From: Verrucomicrobiota bacterium
Lineage (GTDB): Bacteria > Verrucomicrobiota > Lentisphaeria > Lentisphaerales > Lentisphaeraceae
Length of the DNA stretch: 52,408 nt
NCBI GenBank assembly: GCA_039798785.1
Contig: JBDKFG010000069.1
Span: forward strand, 1 to 52,408
Reading direction: 5' to 3'
A program made the position numbers and the translations under genes. Shown here piece after piece: positions 48,407 through 52,408 of this stretch. A model generated the notes under the pieces. That model ran no database searches, had not been told where the DNA came from, and worked only from the letters and a program-made list of their open reading frames with translations. The first letter of the stretch is position 1; each line of letters starts with the position of its first letter.

Positions 48407-51400
48407 ATGACCTTCAGCTACTCCCTAGGCAAACTCACGATCAGCGAATCCAATCCAAGCAAAGCGCTGAAGTTGAGCTCATCATGGGTCAAAATCCAAG
48501 ACGCGGCCAGCAACTCAGTCAGCTTTGAGGCTGGCGCCCTAGAGCGTGTAACTTTCCTTCTCGATGGTGTTGCCACCACGAATTTCACCCTCGAGCAGCT
48601 CAAGGCCGGCAGGGTCAGCCTGCTCCATGACGGCAGCAGCCACGCCCCTTCCTTCGTCGTCACCGCCACCTCCGGCAGCGACAGCTTCTCCGTCGCCAGC
48701 TCCGCCGCCAATCTGAGCTTCAAGGCGGTCAACGACAAAGCCGTGATCCTCCAGGATATGGACGCTGTCATCGAAGAGGACGGCAGCCTCGAACTGCGCG
48801 ATCTGATCTCCCTCAGCGACGAAGAGGATGGCGAAGCCGGCACCCTCGGCCAGGCCGTCTACACCGCCAAAGTCAGCTCCGGCAAGATCCTCGTCGCCGG
48901 ACAAGTCCTTGACGGCAAGACGCTCAAATCCTTCACCCACGCCCAAGTCCTCAGTGGCGACGTAGTCTTCGTCCATGACGGCTCGGAAAAAGCCCCCTCG
49001 ATCAGCCTCAGCGTCAAGGATTCCGGCGGCCTCGCCTCCAGCCTCAGCTTGAACTTCCAGGCCGGGGTCAACTTCGAACGGATCAACGACCGGGCCAGCA
49101 TCAGCACCACGCGCCTCGTCGTCCAGCCCGGCATCGCCAGCAAGCTCAGCGCCGGCAACTTCAAGATCCTTGACCCCGACAGCACCGCCAACTCCGCCCT
49201 CATCCACCTCGATCTCGGCTCGGCCTACACCCTGAGCTACGCCGGCAGCGCGCGCGCCGAGGGCTCCTTCACCTATGCCGAGCTCAAGTCAGGCAAACTC
49301 AGCCTGAGCCTGAACCAGGCCTCGCTCGCTCCCAACCTCCGCTTCAGCGTCGAGGACGGTGACGGCGCCACATCCAGCGGCGCCCTCTCGGTTCAGCTCA
49401 AGCTCAAAGGCAGCGGCACGCTCCCCGTTCCCTCTCTGACCCCGGGCGCCTCCTTGGCCGTGCTCAAAGGACTGGCGACCGTCCTCGATTCCGACTTCCT
49501 GCATCTGAGCCATCTCGGCAGCGATGTCCCCTCCGGCACCCTCCTCAGCGCCAGCGCGGTCAAAGGCGGCTACTTCACCTTCAGCGGCCTCAAGGCCCGC
49601 AAATTCACCTTGCAGGACCTGCAGGACGGCCTCGTCGGATTCGTCCAAGCCGGCTCCGGACCGGTCAGCTTCTCCCTGAAAGCCACCAACGCCTTCGGCA
49701 AATCCTCCGCCGCCCTTGCCTTCAAGGACGTGGTCGTCGATCAAGCCCCCGTGATCACCAGCGCCACGAATCTCCTCGCCACCGAAGACTCGCCTGCGCT
49801 TTACACCGCCGCCGCCACCGACGCCGATGGCCATCCCTTGAGCTATTCCCTGCTCAGCTCCCCGACCCAGGGCTCGATCAGCCTGGCCGGAGCCCAGTTC
49901 ACCTACACCCCGAACTCCGACGCCAACGGCTCCGATTCCTTCACCTTCGCCGTCAGCGACGGCTACTTCACCACCACCCAGACCGTCTCGATCAGCATCG
50001 CAGCGGTCAACGACGCGCCGGTGATCACCAGCTCCGCGTCTCTCGCGACTCAGGAAGACCAGGCCGTCGTCTATCAAGCCGCAGCCACCGACATCGACAG
50101 CTCCAATCTCACTTGGTCTGCTGTCACGCCAAGCTACGTTACCGTCTATGATGACATCGACAGCTCCTATCGCAACTGGTACGTCGCTTCGCCAGGAGTC
50201 AAAGGCCTGGTCAGCGTCTCCGGCTCCGTCTTCACCTACACCCCGAACGCCAATGCCAACGGCTCCGACTCCTTCGTCATCGCCGTCAGCGATGGTGATA
50301 TCACAACGACCAAGACCATCTCAGTCAACATTACGCCAATCAACGACGCGCCGGTGATCAGTGGCGCCAACGAGATTTCGACTCCGGAAGATCAAGTTCG
50401 CCTCTATTCTAGCTCTGCGTTCGACGTCGACAGCGCCAATCTCACTTGGTCGATTGTGAGCCAAGGCAGCAAGGGGCAAGTCAGATTGTCAGACTCTCCT
50501 TTCAAATTCACGTCGGATGCCAACTATTTTTCCCCGATTGAACACTACTCATTCTTCACCTACACTCCCGATGCCAACGCCAACGGTCTCGATAGCTTTG
50601 TCATCGCTGTCAGCGACGGCGCAATCACTACCACCAAGACCATCTCGGTCAACATCGCCGCCGTCAACGACGCTCCCGTGATCAGCAGCGCCGCGTCTCT
50701 CACGACTCAGGAAGACCAGGCCGTCGTCTATCAAGCAGCAGCCACCGACATCGACAGCTCCAATTTCACCTGGTCCATCGCTTCGCAAGGCAGCAAAGGC
50801 CTAGTCAGCGTCTCCGGCTCCGCCTTCACCTACACCCCGAACGCCGACGCCAACGGCTCCGACTCCTTCGTCATCGAGGTCAGCGATGGCGAGCTCACCA
50901 CGACCCAAACCATCTCCGTCAGCATCGCCGCCGTCAACGACGCGCCTCTCTTGACCAGCGACACCTCCCTCGCCGTCACTGAAGACACTCCCGCCACTCT
51001 GGCGCTCGCCGCAACGGACATCGATGGCGACTACCTCAGCTTCAGCATCAAGACCAATGGCTCCAAGGGCAGCGCCTCCATCAGCGGCAGCACCCTCACC
51101 TACACCCCCGCTGCCGACGCCAACGGCTCCGACAGCGTAGTGATCGAAGTTCTCGACGGCAATGGTGGCATCGCCACCCATACCCTCTCCGTCAGCATCG
51201 CCGCCGTCAACGACGCGCCGGTGATCACCAGCGCCGCCTTCCTTGCCGTGACCGAAGACACTCCCGCCACTCTGGCGCTCACCGCAACGGACATCGATGG
51301 CGACTCCCTCAGCTTCAGCGTCAAGACTCAAGGAGGCAAGGGCAGCGCCTCCATCTCCGGCAGCAGCCTCAGCTACACCCCCGCTGCCGACGCCAATGGC

Positions 51401-52408
51401 TCAGACAGCTTGGTGATCGAAGTTCTCGACGGCAATGGTGGCATCAGCTCTCAGACCATCTCGATCAGCATCGCCGCCGTCAACGACGCACCCCTCTTCA
51501 CCAGCGCCGCCACTCTCGCCGTCGCTGAAGACACTCCCGCCACTCTTGCGCTCGCCGCAAGCGATGTCGATGGCGACATCCTTAGCTTCAGCATCAAGAC
51601 CAATGGTTCCAAGGGCAGTGCATCCATCAGCGGCAGCTCCCTCACCTACACACCCGCTGCCGATGCCAATGGCCCCGACAGCGTGGTGATCGAAGTCAGC
51701 GACGGCAATGGTGGCCTCAGCTCTCAGACCATCTCGGTCAGCATCGCCGCCGTCAACGACGCTCCCGAGAGCACCAGCGCCGCCTTCCTTGCCGTGACCG
51801 AAGACACTCCCGCCACTCTGGCGCTCGCCGCAAGCGACGTCGATGGCGACACCCTTAGCTTCAGCATCAAGACCAATGGTTCCAAGGGCAGCGCCTCCAT
51901 CAGCGGCAGCACCCTCACCTACACCCCCGCTGCCGACGCCAACGGCTCCGACAGCGTAGTGATCGAAGTCAGCGACGGCCACGGCGGCATCGCCACCCAG
52001 TCCGTCTCGATCAACATTGCAGCGGTCAACGACGCGCCAAGTGGCTCTCTATGGATCAGTGGCGGTTTAGTTCAGGGACAAACGGTCAGCGCCGCTCACA
52101 ATCTTGTCGATCCAGAAAATCTCGGCGCCTTGAGTTTTTCTTGGCGTGATTCCAATGGCCAGATCCTAGGTCAGGACCCCAACTTACTTCTTAGTGAAAA
52201 TGAGGTCGGGAAATCGCTGATCCTCACTGCTTCCTTTGTCGACGGCGACGGCCATTCCGAATCAGTGACCGTGACCAGCATCTCCACTGTCATCAATCGA
52301 AACGACCCTCCCACCGGTTCCGTCACCATTTCCGGCGATCTCACCCAAGGCCAGACGCTCACCGCCTCCAACACCCTCGCCGACCTCGACGGCCTCGGCG
52401 AAATCACC
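48407..52408 (+). CDS. Large surface/secreted protein (3' truncated by the window), paralog of 43022..48142, with tandem VCBS/Big-like repeats
   Basis: Not in the ORF track. ATG 48407 gives MTFSYSLGKLTISES..FTLEQLKAGRVSLLHDGSS; the reading frame at the window end matches (DLDGLGEIT); repeats VNDAP..ED..ATDIDGD..YTP.ADANGSDS. Confidence 0.88.
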   Translation, partial: MTFSYSLGKLTISESNPSKALKLSSSWVKIQDAASNSVSFEAGALERVTFLLDGVATTNFTLEQLKAGRVSLLHDGSSHAPSFVVTATSGSDSFSVASSAANLSFKAVNDKAVILQDMDAVIEEDGSLELRDLISLSDEEDGEAGTLGQAVYTAKVSSGKILVAGQVLDGKTLKSFTHAQVLSGDVVFVHDGSEKAPSISLSVKDSGGLASSLSLNFQAGVNFERINDRASISTTRLVVQPGIASKLSAGNFKILDPDSTANSALIHLDLGSAYTLSYAGSARAEGSFTYAELKSGKLSLSLNQASLAPNLRFSVEDGDGATSSGALSVQLKLKGSGTLPVPSLTPGASLAVLKGLATVLDSDFLHLSHLGSDVPSGTLLSASAVKGGYFTFSGLKARKFTLQDLQDGLVGFVQAGSGPVSFSLKATNAFGKSSAALAFKDVVVDQAPVITSATNLLATEDSPALYTAAATDADGHPLSYSLLSSPTQGSISLAGAQFTYTPNSDANGSDSFTFAVSDGYFTTTQTVSISIAAVNDAPVITSSASLATQEDQAVVYQAAATDIDSSNLTWSAVTPSYVTVYDDIDSSYRNWYVASPGVKGLVSVSGSVFTYTPNANANGSDSFVIAVSDGDITTTKTISVNITPINDAPVISGANEISTPEDQVRLYSSSAFDVDSANLTWSIVSQGSKGQVRLSDSPFKFTSDANYFSPIEHYSFFTYTPDANANGLDSFVIAVSDGAITTTKTISVNIAAVNDAPVISSAASLTTQEDQAVVYQAAATDIDSSNFTWSIASQGSKGLVSVSGSAFTYTPNADANGSDSFVIEVSDGELTTTQTISVSIAAVNDAPLLTSDTSLAVTEDTPATLALAATDIDGDYLSFSIKTNGSKGSASISGSTLTYTPAADANGSDSVVIEVLDGNGGIATHTLSVSIAAVNDAPVITSAAFLAVTEDTPATLALTATDIDGDSLSFSVKTQGGKGSASISGSSLSYTPAADANGSDSLVIEVLDGNGGISSQTISISIAAVNDAPLFTSAATLAVAEDTPATLALAASDVDGDILSFSIKTNGSKGSASISGSSLTYTPAADANGPDSVVIEVSDGNGGLSSQTISVSIAAVNDAPESTSAAFLAVTEDTPATLALAASDVDGDTLSFSIKTNGSKGSASISGSTLTYTPAADANGSDSVVIEVSDGHGGIATQSVSINIAAVNDAPSGSLWISGGLVQGQTVSAAHNLVDPENLGALSFSWRDSNGQILGQDPNLLLSENEVGKSLILTASFVDGDGHSESVTVTSISTVINRNDPPTGSVTISGDLTQGQTLTASNTLADLDGLGEIT
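49745..52040 (+). repeat. About 8 tandem ~90-aa Ig-like repeats
   Basis: Recurrent gtcaacgacgc.cc and acctacaccccg..gccaacggctccgac segments with near-identical later copies; boundaries approximate. Confidence 0.85.

Noticed and set aside
48418..52407. Multiple minus-strand ORFs at the window end
   Set aside because: Antisense to the repeat-rich plus-strand adhesin starting at 48407

Overview
GC-rich bacterial chromosomal window. The prepilin/H-X9-DG genes and the ECF-sigma/Ser-Thr kinase pair suggest a PVC-superphylum (Lentisphaerae-like) organism; this is an inference. Core genes: truC-like pseudouridine synthase, livKHMG (no livF), cobalamin riboswitch plus btuB-like receptor, EamA transporter, yefM-yoeB, mnmG, fmt, RNase E/G, glgP, nadA and a rhomboid protease. 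Accessory highlights: (1) an ECF sigma followed by a ZAS-Ser/Thr kinase whose extracytoplasmic domain is repeated as a free secreted protein in the next gene; (2) a secreted Ig-repeat protein with a sicariid-toxin-like (SMase D/GDPD-like) phospholipase D domain; (3) a GTAAC-N13/14-CGGGAAC motif upstream of three consecutive transcription units; (4) two copies of a prepilin plus 2TM-partner module, one disrupted by a REP/MITE-like insert; (5) several apparent pseudo-enzymes; (6) two divergently transcribed paralogous giant cadherin-like/Ig surface proteins, one missing from the ORF track because it runs off the window. No rRNA, tRNA, CRISPR array or transposase was recognised. All calls come from reading motifs by eye; no searches were run.
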